A DNA stretch of 64,000 nucleotides, from positions 67,566-131,565 of the forward strand of contig CAZRQU010000002.1 of NCBI GenBank assembly GCA_964602485.1, in the 5' to 3' direction. Below the pieces are notes generated by a model. The model searched no databases and was not told the DNA's origin. It saw only the letters and a list, made by a program, of their open reading frames with translations. A program made the translations under genes and the position numbers. Each line of letters begins with the position of its first letter. Position 1 is the first letter of the stretch. Positions 49,173 to 60,132 of the stretch are shown here, piece by piece. The DNA is from an uncultured Gammaproteobacteria bacterium. Its GTDB lineage: Bacteria > Patescibacteriota > Patescibacteriia > Patescibacteriales > WJLG01.

Positions 49173-51818
49173 ATGTTCAATAAATTTACGACCAAATCAC
49201 AAGAAGCTATCATTAATGCCCAAATATTGGCTCAGGAGAATGGCCAGGCCAATATCGAAGCTTTTCATTTGCTAGCTTCCTTGCTTGAGCAGAACGAAAG
49301 TTTGATCAGGCCCATATTAGAAAAATTAAAAGTCGATCCGGAGATCATCAAAGAAAAAGTGTTTGCCGAAATAGCCAAAATGCCTAAATCAAGTGATGGC
49401 TTTACCCCAATGGGCGCCGGCGATAGTATGAATACCGTTTCCGGAACAGCCGAGGTGGCCATGATATTGGAAAGAAGTAAAAAGGAAGCCGACAAGATGC
49501 AAGATGAGTTCATATCCACTGAACATATACTTCTGGCCTTAATTGGCATCAAGTCCAAGGCTCAGCAGTTGCTTTTGGCTGACAAAGTCGCCTACGACGC
49601 CGTTCTTAATATATTAAGGGAGCTGAGAGGCAACAACAATATAACTGATCCGGACCCGGAGAATAAATATAAAGTTTTAGAAAAATATACCATAGATCTT
49701 ACTGAGCAAGCCAAGGGTAAGAAGCTGGATCCGGTGATCGGTCGTGATTCGGAGATCAGGCGGGTTATGCAAGTACTTCTTCGTCGAACCAAGAACAACC
49801 CAGTCCTTATAGGTGAAGCAGGAACCGGTAAAACCGCTATCGTCGAAGGCTTGGCCCAAAGGATAATATCCGGAGACGCACCAGAGAATTTGCGCGGTAA
49901 AAGGATAGTGGCCTTGGACCTGGGCGCTTTGGTGGCTGGAGCCAAGTTCAGAGGCGAATTCGAAGACCGTCTAAAAGCCGTTATCAAAGAAATAGACGCC
50001 CATAAAGGCGAGATAATATTATTTATAGATGAATTACATACCTTGGTGGGAACCGGCGCTTCTGAAGGAGCAATGGATGCTTCCAATATGCTTAAACCCG
50101 CTTTAGCTCGTGGGAAGATCAGAACCATTGGCGCTACCACTACCAAGGAATATCAAAAATATATAGAAAAGGATGCCGCTTTGGAAAGGCGTTTCCAGCC
50201 GATCACTGTGGCTGAGCCGACCATTGAGGACACCATAGACATTCTGCGCGGTATCAAAGAGAAATACGAGGTTCATCACGGCATTAGGATAACCGACGAA
50301 GCCTTAGAATCGGCCGCTAAGTTGTCTGTTCGCTACATATCAGACCGTTTTTTGCCGGATAAGGCTATCGACTTGATAGATGAAGCCACTTCTGCTCTGC
50401 GTATGGAAGTGGATTCCACTCCGGAAGAATTGGATAAGATGAAGCGCGAGATCAGGCGACTGGAGATCACTAAAGCTGGACTATCCAAAGATAGAAAAAA
50501 GGACCAAAAGAAACTTACCGAAGTAAATAAGGAATTGGAAGAACTAAAAGAAAAAGCCAATCAGTATGAACTTCATTGGAATAATGAAAAAGAGATAATC
50601 GCCAAGATCAGAGATTCCAAAAGGCAAATAGACGAGCTTAAGGCCAAATCGGATATTATAGAAAGGTCCGGAGAGGATCTGGTTAAAGTGGCCGAGATAA
50701 GATATAGCCAGATACCTAATTTGGAAAAACAGGTAAAAAAGCAAGAGGCTGAATTGGCCAAGATCCAAAAGAACGGTCAAAGCATATTAAAAGAAGAGAT
50801 AGACGAAGAGGATATCGCCAAAGTGATAGCCCGTTGGACAGGTATTCCGGTTTCCAAGATGCTTGAATCGGAAATGAAGAAATTGGCCCATGCTGAAGAA
50901 GAGCTTAAGAAACGGATAGTTGGTCAAAATGAGGCCATAGAAGGCGTCTCTAACGCTCTCAGGCGCTCTAGAGCCGGTGTTTCTGAGGAGGATAAGCCGA
51001 TCGGCTCCTTCTTGTTCGTCGGTCCGACCGGTGTTGGTAAAACTGAAATGGCCAAGGCGCTGGCCGAATTCATGTTCAATGATGAGAACTCTTTGATCCG
51101 TTTGGATATGAGCGAATATATGGAAAAGCATTCTGTAGCCAAGATCATCGGATCCCCTCCCGGTTATATCGGACACGAGGAAGGCGGACAGCTTACGGAG
51201 ATGGTTAGAAGAAGGCCTTACAGCGTGATACTCTTTGATGAGATAGAAAAAGCCCACCCGGAAGTATTCAATATACTTTTGCAAGTATTAGATGACGGAC
51301 GAGTCACCGATTCTAAAGGACGGACCGTGAACTTCAAAAATTCCATAATCATAATGACCTCTAATCTGGGCAATGAAATAATCAAGCAATATGCCATTGG
51401 TTTCAAGCCGGACGATGAAGCAAACGACCCGGCAAGTGACAAGCAGATGAAGACCAAGATCCACGACAAGCTAAAAGAGAGCTTCAAGCTGGAATTCTTG
51501 AACAGAATAGATGAGATAGTGGTCTTCAAAACCCTTACTCAAAAGGCTTTGGTCGATATTATCGATCTGGAACTGGACAAGGTGCAAAGGCGCTTGAAGA
51601 ACAAAGAAATAGCTATCAAGATAAGCGCTAAGGTGAAGAAGATGTTGGCGCGAGAAGGTTATGATACCACTTTCGGAGCCAGACCTTTGAAGAGGATAAT
51701 CCAAAACAAGATACTAGATGAATTATCTATGGATATAGTTGAAGGCAAGGTAAAGGAAGGAGATAAAGTGTCGATCGATATCGGCTCTGAGGATAAGATA
51801 AGATTATCAGTGAAATAA
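49173..51818 (+). CDS. clpB: chaperone ClpB, with two AAA+ domains and a coiled-coil M domain
   Basis: 'GEAGTGKTA', 'ILFIDELH', coiled coil, 'GPTGVGKTE', '[12 protein letters not shown]'. Confidence 0.9.
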   Translation: MFNKFTTKSQEAIINAQILAQENGQANIEAFHLLASLLEQNESLIRPILEKLKVDPEIIKEKVFAEIAKMPKSSDGFTPMGAGDSMNTVSGTAEVAMILERSKKEADKMQDEFISTEHILLALIGIKSKAQQLLLADKVAYDAVLNILRELRGNNNITDPDPENKYKVLEKYTIDLTEQAKGKKLDPVIGRDSEIRRVMQVLLRRTKNNPVLIGEAGTGKTAIVEGLAQRIISGDAPENLRGKRIVALDLGALVAGAKFRGEFEDRLKAVIKEIDAHKGEIILFIDELHTLVGTGASEGAMDASNMLKPALARGKIRTIGATTTKEYQKYIEKDAALERRFQPITVAEPTIEDTIDILRGIKEKYEVHHGIRITDEALESAAKLSVRYISDRFLPDKAIDLIDEATSALRMEVDSTPEELDKMKREIRRLEITKAGLSKDRKKDQKKLTEVNKELEELKEKANQYELHWNNEKEIIAKIRDSKRQIDELKAKSDIIERSGEDLVKVAEIRYSQIPNLEKQVKKQEAELAKIQKNGQSILKEEIDEEDIAKVIARWTGIPVSKMLESEMKKLAHAEEELKKRIVGQNEAIEGVSNALRRSRAGVSEEDKPIGSFLFVGPTGVGKTEMAKALAEFMFNDENSLIRLDMSEYMEKHSVAKIIGSPPGYIGHEEGGQLTEMVRRRPYSVILFDEIEKAHPEVFNILLQVLDDGRVTDSKGRTVNFKNSIIIMTSNLGNEIIKQYAIGFKPDDEANDPASDKQMKTKIHDKLKESFKLEFLNRIDEIVVFKTLTQKALVDIIDLELDKVQRRLKNKEIAIKISAKVKKMLAREGYDTTFGARPLKRIIQNKILDELSMDIVEGKVKEGDKVSIDIGSEDKIRLSVK

Positions 51819-51836
51819 ATTCGATCAAATAAAAAA

Positions 51837-51872
51837 AAGGATCCTGACCTACAATGCGGGATCCTTTTTTTA
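51837..51872. terminator. Rho-independent terminator, bidirectional
   Basis: aaggatcc...gggatcct hairpin with A8 before and T7 after. Confidence 0.65.
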
Positions 51873-51885
51873 TATTGAAAAACAG

Positions 51886-54066
51886 TTATTTTTTATACAA
51901 GGGAACAGTCAAGCTAAAAGTGGTACCTTTCCCCGGTTGAGTTTCTTCCAATTTTAGCTTTCCATCACAGGCGCTTATTATCTCCTTGGATATATAGAGA
52001 CCAAGACCGGATCCGGCCGGACGATTGCTTATCCCTCTTTGCCCTCTGGTGAACTTATCGAATATCTTGCCCACATCCTGCTCATCTATACCGCAACCGG
52101 TATCTTTTATATAGACCTTCAGGAAGTCGTCCAACTTTTCGTAGTATATATCTATCTGTCCTTTTTTAGTGTAGGAGATGGAATTGTTCAAAAGGTTGGA
52201 AATAGCCTGTTTGAGCTCCTTGGGGTCACAAAGGACAGCTGGAACCTTGAAGGAGGTGTCTAGGTTTATCTTTAACTTCCTTTCCTTTACTACAGACATT
52301 TCTCGACTTTCTTCCACTAGTCCCTTTACTATTTTTGAAATATCGGTTTTTCTCTTCTCTACTTTTATGGATTCGCCCTCAAAAGCAAAGGCCTTCCAGA
52401 AATCATGGGTTATCTCTTCCATTCGTTTTATCCCCTCCTCTATGTAGGTAAGTCCTTTCTCCTGAGTAAAGCTCTCTTCTCTTATCATAAAGATCGAATT
52501 CCTGATAATGGAAATAGGAGTGTTCAATTGATGGTTGACCAAGCGCAAGAAGTCGCTCTTCATTTCCAAAAGTTTTTCCAAACGTTTATTGTTTTCTTTT
52601 AGTTCCTGAGCCTTTTTCCTGATATCCTTGGTCTGCTTTTCGACCCTCTGAGCCAGGCTGCGGTTGAGGTCATAAATTCTATTATAGAGCTCTCGACTCT
52701 CTATAGCTGAGGCCAATTGAGCAGCTATCACTTTGAGCGTATTAACATCAGTAACATTATAAAAATCCTGCGAGCCCTTAGGACCAAGCAACATCAGTCC
52801 TATTATTCGCTTCTTAGATGTTAAGGGCATGACAATGTCTATATTTTTGGAAATTAACTTACACAAACCATCTTTCTTACCGGATATATGGCAAACATCG
52901 AGCTCACCTCTAACCACCGGCTCACCTTCTTCGAAATATTCTTTTTCAAGAAAATCATCTTTTTGATAGATCTTTTCTTTTGTCTGGCATCCGCGCGAAT
53001 AGATCATCTTATATGCCCCTTGGTTCCGTTCGTATTTCAGCAACACAAAAGTCTTTAACATAAACACTTCTGCAAGCTTGTTAAAAATAAAATTGTAAAT
53101 GGAAACCGGTTTCAAAGTCCTGATCAATTTATCAGAAATGGAAGATATTAATTTGCCCGGCTGATAAAGCGAGTAGAAAAAATATCTATTTGCCAAGTAA
53201 TAGTAGAATTTCTTGGTATATCTGAAAGCGAAGATAGAAAAGACTATCAAACAAAAATCCACCAAAAAATACTGGTCTAATCTCAATACTGACAATCCGG
53301 CATCCAAAAAGAATACCAATAGAAGCAATGTCCACAGGGAGAAGAAATACACTCCCGACTTTCTGACAACTAAGGTAACACCCAAAAACCTTTTGGTTAT
53401 TATCACATAGGCCGCAAATATCACAAAAGAGCTGGCCAAAATGTTGCCATAGGGAGGGATATTAATATCATACCAAAGAAAATAATTAGTAGAACCGCCC
53501 AAAAAGGACAAAAGCATCCCTATTAGGATGTACTTTATCTGTTGTTTTTTTACTAATGTGGCCTTTCTAGACTTCTTATAGAGAAGCAGAGAAGAATAAA
53601 GGACGAAGGTAAAGAAATACACCAAATAAAGATGATAAAACAATCCCGGCTCGGCCCAAAACCGCATATTGAATTTAGGGGAAACACCACTTATAAAGAA
53701 AGGAGTGAAGACGGAGATACAAAAAATGATAGCTAAAACATATGCTCCATATATACTTTTTTTTCTTTTCTGATAAAGATCCAGCCAATTTATTACGAAA
53801 TGAAAATAGGTCACTGGAGTGAATATGGCCCCCAAGTGCAATAGCCTAAAGGAAAGAACGGTCCCTTCCGCTGTTCTAGCTATTGGCCAACCGATATAAA
53901 AAAGAGACCAAACAGCCACTGAAAGACAAAAATAAAAAAAGCTCCTATTGATCCTATTGTGAGCATTCTTAAAGAGTATCAAAAAACCCAGCAAGGAGCT
54001 TATCAAAGCATTAAATATCGCGCTTATAATGAAGAAGTGATACATCTTTTTAAAAAAAATCTTCAA
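51886..54066 (-). CDS. sensor histidine kinase with a 7TM-receptor-like N-terminus
   Basis: Multi-TM N-terminus, HisKA 'NHQLNTPISIIRNS', HATPase 'GSGLGLYISKEII...GKGTTFSLTVP'. Confidence 0.85.
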   Translation of the reverse strand: MKIFFKKMYHFFIISAIFNALISSLLGFLILFKNAHNRINRSFFYFCLSVAVWSLFYIGWPIARTAEGTVLSFRLLHLGAIFTPVTYFHFVINWLDLYQKRKKSIYGAYVLAIIFCISVFTPFFISGVSPKFNMRFWAEPGLFYHLYLVYFFTFVLYSSLLLYKKSRKATLVKKQQIKYILIGMLLSFLGGSTNYFLWYDINIPPYGNILASSFVIFAAYVIITKRFLGVTLVVRKSGVYFFSLWTLLLLVFFLDAGLSVLRLDQYFLVDFCLIVFSIFAFRYTKKFYYYLANRYFFYSLYQPGKLISSISDKLIRTLKPVSIYNFIFNKLAEVFMLKTFVLLKYERNQGAYKMIYSRGCQTKEKIYQKDDFLEKEYFEEGEPVVRGELDVCHISGKKDGLCKLISKNIDIVMPLTSKKRIIGLMLLGPKGSQDFYNVTDVNTLKVIAAQLASAIESRELYNRIYDLNRSLAQRVEKQTKDIRKKAQELKENNKRLEKLLEMKSDFLRLVNHQLNTPISIIRNSIFMIREESFTQEKGLTYIEEGIKRMEEITHDFWKAFAFEGESIKVEKRKTDISKIVKGLVEESREMSVVKERKLKINLDTSFKVPAVLCDPKELKQAISNLLNNSISYTKKGQIDIYYEKLDDFLKVYIKDTGCGIDEQDVGKIFDKFTRGQRGISNRPAGSGLGLYISKEIISACDGKLKLEETQPGKGTTFSLTVPLYKK

Positions 54067-54120
54067 ATCTTACTATATTATTTATATTATAGCAAGATTC
54101 GAAGATGTTTTGAAGCTTTT

Positions 54121-55095
54121 TCATGGAGCCAACCCAACTCCTATCTCATAGAATCTGGTCGGTTCTTCCTGAAAATAGCCCTGATAGATCCAGCCTGCCT
54201 CCTCAAAAGCCTGTCGCAGTTCTCCTAGCGGCCTGAACTTGAGTTGCCAACTGGCCGTTTCCCGAAGGATAAAGGCGCAGAGAAGGTCCTTTTTGGCCAT
54301 TTCGTCCAAGAGAGCGGCGGCAACCAAAGTGCCGCCGGGGCGAAAATAACGCCTCAGGGACTTGAGTAATACCACTCTGGACCTATGGTCCATTCCGCAA
54401 AGGACCCCGACAAGTAATCCATAGTCTATGTCTTTATGATAACGCCCGTTGAGCTTCATCATATTAGCTTCTATGAATCTTATATCGCCAAGATCCTTCA
54501 ATTTGACCAAACGGCTTCCCCAGCCCAATGCTTTGCGATCTATGTCTACGCAGTCCACCGATATCCCTTTGCGGAAATCAGGCCGGTTTGTCAATAAATC
54601 TATCATATTGCGACCGGGACCGCTTCCGAAATCTACTATCAGGCATTCGTCTTGCTGTTTGAGCATATCTTCAATAACAGAAGACGAATGCCTTGTTACG
54701 ACCTCGTAGCGATTGCGTAGTGCTTGGCCGCCGGCTTTGGAAAGCAAGAAATAGTTGTCTATTACTCCTTTCACCGGCTGAAGATGATACATTCTCTCCA
54801 GCATAGTAAACGTTCCTGGATTCTCAGTAAGGGCCGGAATGATCTCGCTTTCAGTTTGAAAATAATCAACAAGCTTGTCCCATTCGGGAATTTGCGGGCC
54901 GTGAAGCCCAGACAAGAACCCTCTCCTCAAGATCAAGGCAATATCCTTTGGCAGATTGGCCAAGATATATCTCCCGGCTTCGTCCTCCAAAAATACCTCC
55001 TTTTCCTGGACAGAAAGTTCGTAATGCTTTTGCAGAATCTTACAAATGGACATATTGCCCGCCATAAGATTTCCGCCGGTACTCTGTTTTGTCAT
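54121..55095 (-). CDS. class I SAM-dependent methyltransferase, a GC-rich gene
   Basis: 'LIVDFGSGPGRNMIDL'. GC is markedly higher than in the flanking genes. Confidence 0.6.
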   Translation of the reverse strand: MTKQSTGGNLMAGNMSICKILQKHYELSVQEKEVFLEDEAGRYILANLPKDIALILRRGFLSGLHGPQIPEWDKLVDYFQTESEIIPALTENPGTFTMLERMYHLQPVKGVIDNYFLLSKAGGQALRNRYEVVTRHSSSVIEDMLKQQDECLIVDFGSGPGRNMIDLLTNRPDFRKGISVDCVDIDRKALGWGSRLVKLKDLGDIRFIEANMMKLNGRYHKDIDYGLLVGVLCGMDHRSRVVLLKSLRRYFRPGGTLVAAALLDEMAKKDLLCAFILRETASWQLKFRPLGELRQAFEEAGWIYQGYFQEEPTRFYEIGVGLAP

Positions 55096-55176
55096 TTAAA
55101 ACTCCTCGCAACAAAGGGTCCTAGAATATTTGTCTAAAAGAACAAATTTATTATTTTAAAAAGGTGTTTTACCACC

Positions 55177-55545
55177 CTAACCAATAAGTGTTTGCACATT
55201 GCGGACCACATCTCCTGGTTCTGACTGTGATTTTATAAAATAGCCGTTGGCACCGAGTTTCAGTCCTTCGCTGATAGTTTTGTCGTCTTCCAGATTAGAT
55301 AATATCATTATCGGAATAGTGGTTGTTTCCGCTGTTTTCTTAGCCTCTTTGAGAACTTTTAGGCCATCCATCTCTCCCGGAAGCATAATATCCAAAAGCA
55401 CTATGTCCGGGCGGTCCTTTTTCATTATCTCAAAACCCTCTTCTCCGTTAGAGGCAGTGTGGACCTCGAAATTTTCTTTTTTGAAAGTGGTAGCATAAAT
55501 ATTCAAAAGGAACTGGTCGTCCTCCACGATCAATATTTTGGCCAT
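55177..55545 (-). CDS. single-domain response regulator (CheY-like receiver)
   Basis: 'KILIVEDD...DIVLLDIMLPGEMDG...'. The start was moved to the internal Met. Confidence 0.75.
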   Translation of the reverse strand: MAKILIVEDDQFLLNIYATTFKKENFEVHTASNGEEGFEIMKKDRPDIVLLDIMLPGEMDGLKVLKEAKKTAETTTIPIMILSNLEDDKTISEGLKLGANGYFIKSQSEPGDVVRNVQTLIG

Positions 55546-55647
55546 ATTTTTCAGTATTAATATTATAATTATATTATACAATAAAAAGCCGTAAATGTTA
55601 AATAAAACCCCCTTATTAAGGGGGTTTTATTTATTTCAAGTCTTTTT

Positions 55648-56478
55648 CTATTTATTTTTATGGCGATTCAAGTCGACTTCGACTATGATATTACCGTCTT
55701 TAGGGTCATCGAATTCCACATCCACAGACTGCTTAAGCACATGGACGCCGATCACTGTGCCTTTCTGCCCGTCCACATTCACTCTCTGGCCAATGTCAGG
55801 CATTTTTTTAGCCAACTCTTCATATCCATGCTGCTCATAATACAAACAGCACATAAGGCGTCCGCAGACCCCTGATATCCTTTCACTGCCTCGATGGACC
55901 ACTTGCTGAGATTCAGCCATTTCCGAAGTGATGGATTCGAAATTATCAATAAAACTGCGGCAACAAAGTTCGCGTCCGCAATGACCGCAATCTCCGCAGA
56001 TCTTGGCCTCATCTCTGATCCCTATTTGGGTCAAACGAATGGTTTTGTTGAAATGAGCGGTCAGATCCTTGACCAATTCTCGAAAATCAACTCGACCATC
56101 CGCAATAAAAGCAAAGGTTATGCGACTGCCAGTGAAAGAGAAAAGCACATCAACCAGCTTCATCTCCAAACCTCTTTTGTCTATCATTTGCTTGCAGAAG
56201 TCCATGGCTTCTTTCTTCTCTTGGTCGTTAGGTAGTTTGGAAAGGTCTTCGCTGGTGGCCTTACGGATAACATTCTTAAATTCCATTTTTTCCACGCCGT
56301 CATCATCCTTGGCCTTTATCTCGCTCTCATCAACCTCCCTTACCTGAACTACGGCCCCCAATTCTTCACCGAATTCGGTATCGACTATGACCAAGTCGCC
56401 TTTGGTCAATTCCAACTCTCCGGGTTTGAAGAAATAATCCTTATCCCAGGGTGCGAATTTTACTATAGCTAATATCAT
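55648..56478 (-). CDS. ricT: PSP1 C-terminal-domain protein, RicT/YaaT-like
   Basis: 'CGRELCC' and 'GRLMCC' motifs. Confidence 0.7.
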   Translation of the reverse strand: MILAIVKFAPWDKDYFFKPGELELTKGDLVIVDTEFGEELGAVVQVREVDESEIKAKDDDGVEKMEFKNVIRKATSEDLSKLPNDQEKKEAMDFCKQMIDKRGLEMKLVDVLFSFTGSRITFAFIADGRVDFRELVKDLTAHFNKTIRLTQIGIRDEAKICGDCGHCGRELCCRSFIDNFESITSEMAESQQVVHRGSERISGVCGRLMCCLYYEQHGYEELAKKMPDIGQRVNVDGQKGTVIGVHVLKQSVDVEFDDPKDGNIIVEVDLNRHKNK

Positions 56479-56500
56479 AAATATAGATAATATATATCAA

Positions 56501-56540
56501 CAGACCGCTTTTAGAAGCGGCCTGTTTGAAGATTTTTATT
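56501..56540. terminator. terminator-like hairpin downstream of tsf
   Basis: cagaccgctt-ttag-aagcggcctg (one G-U pair) followed by T-rich sequence. Confidence 0.4.
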
Positions 56541-57357
56541 TTCCACAGATCTTAGACCCGCCTTGTAAGGCAAATCTGACAAAACCGGTAACATTCGCAT
56601 CGCCCAACACTTGCTCCACCTTCTGTTTATCATCTTTGATATATTCCTGTTTTATCAAACAGATCTCTTCGAAATATTTATTTATCTTTCCTTCCAGTAT
56701 CTTGTCGATCATATTCTCCGGCTTCCCTTCTTTCAGTAAAGTCTCTTTGCCGATCTCTTTCTCCTTGTCTATCTCAGCCTGATCGACATCTTCCGGCTTT
56801 ATGTATCTAGGTGAGGCGGCTGCCACCTGCATGGCTATATCGCCAGCCAATTCAGAAGCACCTTCCTTGTCCAAGGCAGTCAAAACACCTATTTTTCCAC
56901 CTAAGTGGGAATAGGCGGCCACGGAAGCGCCTTCCAATTTTTGATATCCGCTTATCTCCAATTTTTCTCCAATAATACCGGACAAACTTTCCAATTGCTC
57001 ACTAACAGTAACATCTTCTATCGGTAAAGCCAGAAGCGCCTCTAGATCGGCCGGATCCTTTTCCAGAGCCAGATCTAACACTTTCTTGGCGAAATCCTGG
57101 AATTGGTCATTACGAGCCACAAAATCGGTCTCTGAGTTTATTTGAATAGCATAACCAGCTGTCTTATCATTGTTGGTTCCAACCATTATAGTGCCTTCGT
57201 TAGCCTCTCGGTCTCCCCTCTTGGCAGCCTTAGTAATACCTTTCTTGCGTAAAACTTCAACAGCCTTTTCCAGATCACCACCAGCCTCTTCCAAGGCCTT
57301 CTTACAATCACTGATGCCGGCGCCGGTCATTTCACGTAATTTTTTTATCTCCTCCAT
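56536..57357 (-). CDS. tsf: elongation factor Ts
   Basis: 'LREMTGAGISDCKKALEEAGGDLEKA'. Confidence 0.9.
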   Translation of the reverse strand: MEEIKKLREMTGAGISDCKKALEEAGGDLEKAVEVLRKKGITKAAKRGDREANEGTIMVGTNNDKTAGYAIQINSETDFVARNDQFQDFAKKVLDLALEKDPADLEALLALPIEDVTVSEQLESLSGIIGEKLEISGYQKLEGASVAAYSHLGGKIGVLTALDKEGASELAGDIAMQVAAASPRYIKPEDVDQAEIDKEKEIGKETLLKEGKPENMIDKILEGKINKYFEEICLIKQEYIKDDKQKVEQVLGDANVTGFVRFALQGGSKICGK

Positions 57358-57426
57358 ATTTTTATAAGAGCATTGTTCTCCGCAACCCTCCTTTGGATAT
57401 ACGAAAACAAAACGTTATTAAATTAT

Positions 57427-58134
57427 TTAAGAGTTCTTCTTTGAGTCTGCTTCCTTTTTGGTGCTCAATATGGTCTCCTTTACACAATTAAGCACTAATT
57501 TGATGGCCTTAGTGGCGTCATCATTACTAGGGATCGGATAGTTTATTGGATCCGGATTAACATTGGTGTCGCAAATAGCAACTATTGGGATATTCCTTTT
57601 CTTAGCTTCAACGACAGCGGTCTTCTCCTTTTTTATATCCCAAACGAATAAAGCGTCTGGTTGTTTATTCATGCTGACCAATCCGCCTATTCTTTCATCA
57701 AGCTTCCCGATCTCTCTATTTATTTCAAGTTTTTCTTTCTTTGTATACCTATCTAATTTACCGGAATTCTTTTCTTCCATCAGATCTTTATACCTTTTGA
57801 TCATTTTCTTAAAAACAGTAAAATTAGTAAGGGTTCCGCCAAGCCATTTTTCAACAACGAACGGATGTCCGGTTTCTTCAGCTAGCTCCCTCATAGGTTT
57901 TTTTACTTGATTCTTAGTTCCAACAAAAAGAATGGTTTTGCCCTCGCGGGTCAAATTTTCCACGAACTCCAAAGCGCTTTTCATTTCTTTCTGGCTTTTT
58001 TCCAGATCAATGATATAAACACCTTTCTTGTCTGTGAAGATGAATGGCTTCATTTTTGGATGCCACCGACTCTTGGTGTGTCCGAAATGCATACCGGCGG
58101 CAAGCATTTCCTTGACTTCTGGTAATTTGATCAT
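57427..58134 (-). CDS. rpsB: 30S ribosomal protein S2
   Basis: 'LAAGMHFGHTKSRWHPKM'. The start was moved to the internal Met (MIKLP...). Confidence 0.9.
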   Translation of the reverse strand: MIKLPEVKEMLAAGMHFGHTKSRWHPKMKPFIFTDKKGVYIIDLEKSQKEMKSALEFVENLTREGKTILFVGTKNQVKKPMRELAEETGHPFVVEKWLGGTLTNFTVFKKMIKRYKDLMEEKNSGKLDRYTKKEKLEINREIGKLDERIGGLVSMNKQPDALFVWDIKKEKTAVVEAKKRNIPIVAICDTNVNPDPINYPIPSNDDATKAIKLVLNCVKETILSTKKEADSKKNS

Positions 58135-58462
58135 AGTTTTTCCTTTTACCGCTATTGGAATACTAAAAGTATATCCAATTACGGCGTTCCTCTGCTCCAA
58201 CAGTTAGACCCTCCACTTTTTTGATTTAATATTAGTCAAAAAAGATAAAGAGCAAGGATTCCTCCATTGTCTCTTGGAGCATGTGTGTTAATTATTTTTT
58301 TAAAATAAAACTTGCCTGATAACAGGCAAAAATCACTTAATATATTAATATATAAAAAGAAAAAAGTCAAACTTGAGAAGATATTGCTACAGTTGACAAA
58401 AACATTTTTTTATTTTATTTTGGAATAACCATCTTATTTAAAGGAAGAAAAAGGAGGAGTGG

Positions 58463-58981
58463 ATGTACTTTTTATTCGATCAAGGCCGTGAACAAAGCGT
58501 CCAGATCACCAAACTTGGCAAGACCGGCGCCAACATAAGAGGGCCACAAACCATAGTTGAGGCCGTGTCCGAAATAATAAAATGGTTCAAGGAGCCGGTA
58601 TTTTTGTTGGTGTTCGAGGCTGATGAGGAGACTAATCTTGAAAAAGCTCTGTCAGCTTTGCCTAACAATACCATTTATGTCAATGGAAAACCGGTCACCT
58701 ATGACGGCAGATCCCGGACAAGCCTGATCAAATTCCTAAATGCCTTTTTCTACAACCACACGGCAGAATTAGTACCTAAAAACGATCCGTTCTACATTTT
58801 GGCTATTCGCCTCGTTAAGGACAGTCGTGATTATGGACTGGTAGTAAGCCGTTCAAAAAGGGTTGAAAAAGGCGAGCTGGCTATCGAAGTGGTAAGGGGA
58901 AAGCGGGTAAAAATGCCTTTTTTCTCGCCTTTTTTAGATCAAACACTGGTAAAAGAAAGGTTACAGCTGGCTAAGGTTTGA
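58463..58981 (+). CDS. hypothetical protein, a GC-rich gene
   Basis: Strong SD aaaggagga. GC is elevated. Confidence 0.45.
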   Translation: MYFLFDQGREQSVQITKLGKTGANIRGPQTIVEAVSEIIKWFKEPVFLLVFEADEETNLEKALSALPNNTIYVNGKPVTYDGRSRTSLIKFLNAFFYNHTAELVPKNDPFYILAIRLVKDSRDYGLVVSRSKRVEKGELAIEVVRGKRVKMPFFSPFLDQTLVKERLQLAKV

Positions 58982-59008
58982 CTACTCTTCAAACCTTTTC
59001 AAAGATCA

Positions 59009-59033
59009 AGAGACCCAATGGGTCTCTTTTTTA
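59009..59033. terminator. Rho-independent terminator
   Basis: agagaccc-aat-gggtctct followed by T6, between convergent genes. Confidence 0.65.
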
Positions 59034-59057
59034 TTACCTGCTCCTATCTTTAATAAT

Positions 59058-60122
59058 TCAAACTATTATCCCGCCACCGAGTAATTGTTCTTTTTTATAA
59101 AAGGAAACATTTTGCCCCGAGGTTATCGCCCTTTGCGGTTCTTTGAATTCCACCAAGTATCCTTTATCCGCCTTTTTAACAGCGCAGGGCTGTTCCTTGT
59201 GTCCATAGCGGATCATGGCCGAACATTTAAGGGGTAGTTTTGGCTCTTGGCCGGCTATCCAATTGGCGTCCTTGGCGACCAACTCTTTTTTATACAGATC
59301 ATCATCGTTACCATCTCTGGTTACATAGAGAATATTTTGACCGTGATCCATTTTGACCGCGTAAAAAGGACCATCTCCGCCAACCTCTATCCCCTTTCTT
59401 TGTCCAATAGTATAAAGAGGAAGCCCTTTATGTTCCCCGATCTTTTCCCCTTCTAGAGTGATTATATCGCCCGGCTTCAATTCTAAGTTCTCTTTTAAGT
59501 ATATATTATGGTCATCGGGGAGAAAGCAAACATCTTGGCTTTCTTTTTTAATATATGGCAACCCTAAATTCTCTGCCTGCTTTCTTATATCTTCCTTCTT
59601 TTTACCGCTTAGGGGAAACAAAAGGTGTTTGAGCTGTTCTTGGGTAAGTGTATAAAGAAAATAAGTTTGATCCTTGGATCTATCGACCGGTCGATAGATC
59701 TTATATTCCTCCCCTTCTTTTTCTATTCTTACGTAATGACCGGTAGCTAAATATTCAGCTCCGAGCCCCTTGGCCATCTTCAGTAACTCCCCAAACTTCA
59801 AGAATTTATTGCAGGCCACGCAAGGATTTGGAGTTATTCCTTTCTTATAGCTATTTAAAAAGTAATCTTTAACCCTTTTTTTAAATTCAAAGGAAAGGTC
59901 GACCGGGTATAACTTAATACCAAGCTCAGAACAGACCATCCTAGCCCTGTTCATATCATCTTCCTTGTCGTTTATTCCAAAAGACATAAAAAGACCGATA
60001 ATATCATATCCTTCGTCTTTTAAGGTCTTGGCAGCCATAGAAGAATCAAGGCCGCCTGACATAGCAACAGCTACCTTTTTATTATTATTATTATTCTTTT
60101 TATCTTTCGTTTTCAAACTCAT
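59058..60122 (-). CDS. mnmA: tRNA-specific 2-thiouridylase MnmA
   Basis: PP-loop 'VAVAMSGGLDSS'. Confidence 0.9.
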   Translation of the reverse strand: MSLKTKDKKNNNNNKKVAVAMSGGLDSSMAAKTLKDEGYDIIGLFMSFGINDKEDDMNRARMVCSELGIKLYPVDLSFEFKKRVKDYFLNSYKKGITPNPCVACNKFLKFGELLKMAKGLGAEYLATGHYVRIEKEGEEYKIYRPVDRSKDQTYFLYTLTQEQLKHLLFPLSGKKKEDIRKQAENLGLPYIKKESQDVCFLPDDHNIYLKENLELKPGDIITLEGEKIGEHKGLPLYTIGQRKGIEVGGDGPFYAVKMDHGQNILYVTRDGNDDDLYKKELVAKDANWIAGQEPKLPLKCSAMIRYGHKEQPCAVKKADKGYLVEFKEPQRAITSGQNVSFYKKEQLLGGGIIV

Positions 60123-60132
60123 TTTAAAAATC

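Noticed and set aside
49592-50146. Long antisense ORFs inside clpB, pgk, eno and gyrB in the ORF track
   Set aside because: They are opposite-strand shadows of well-supported conserved genes.
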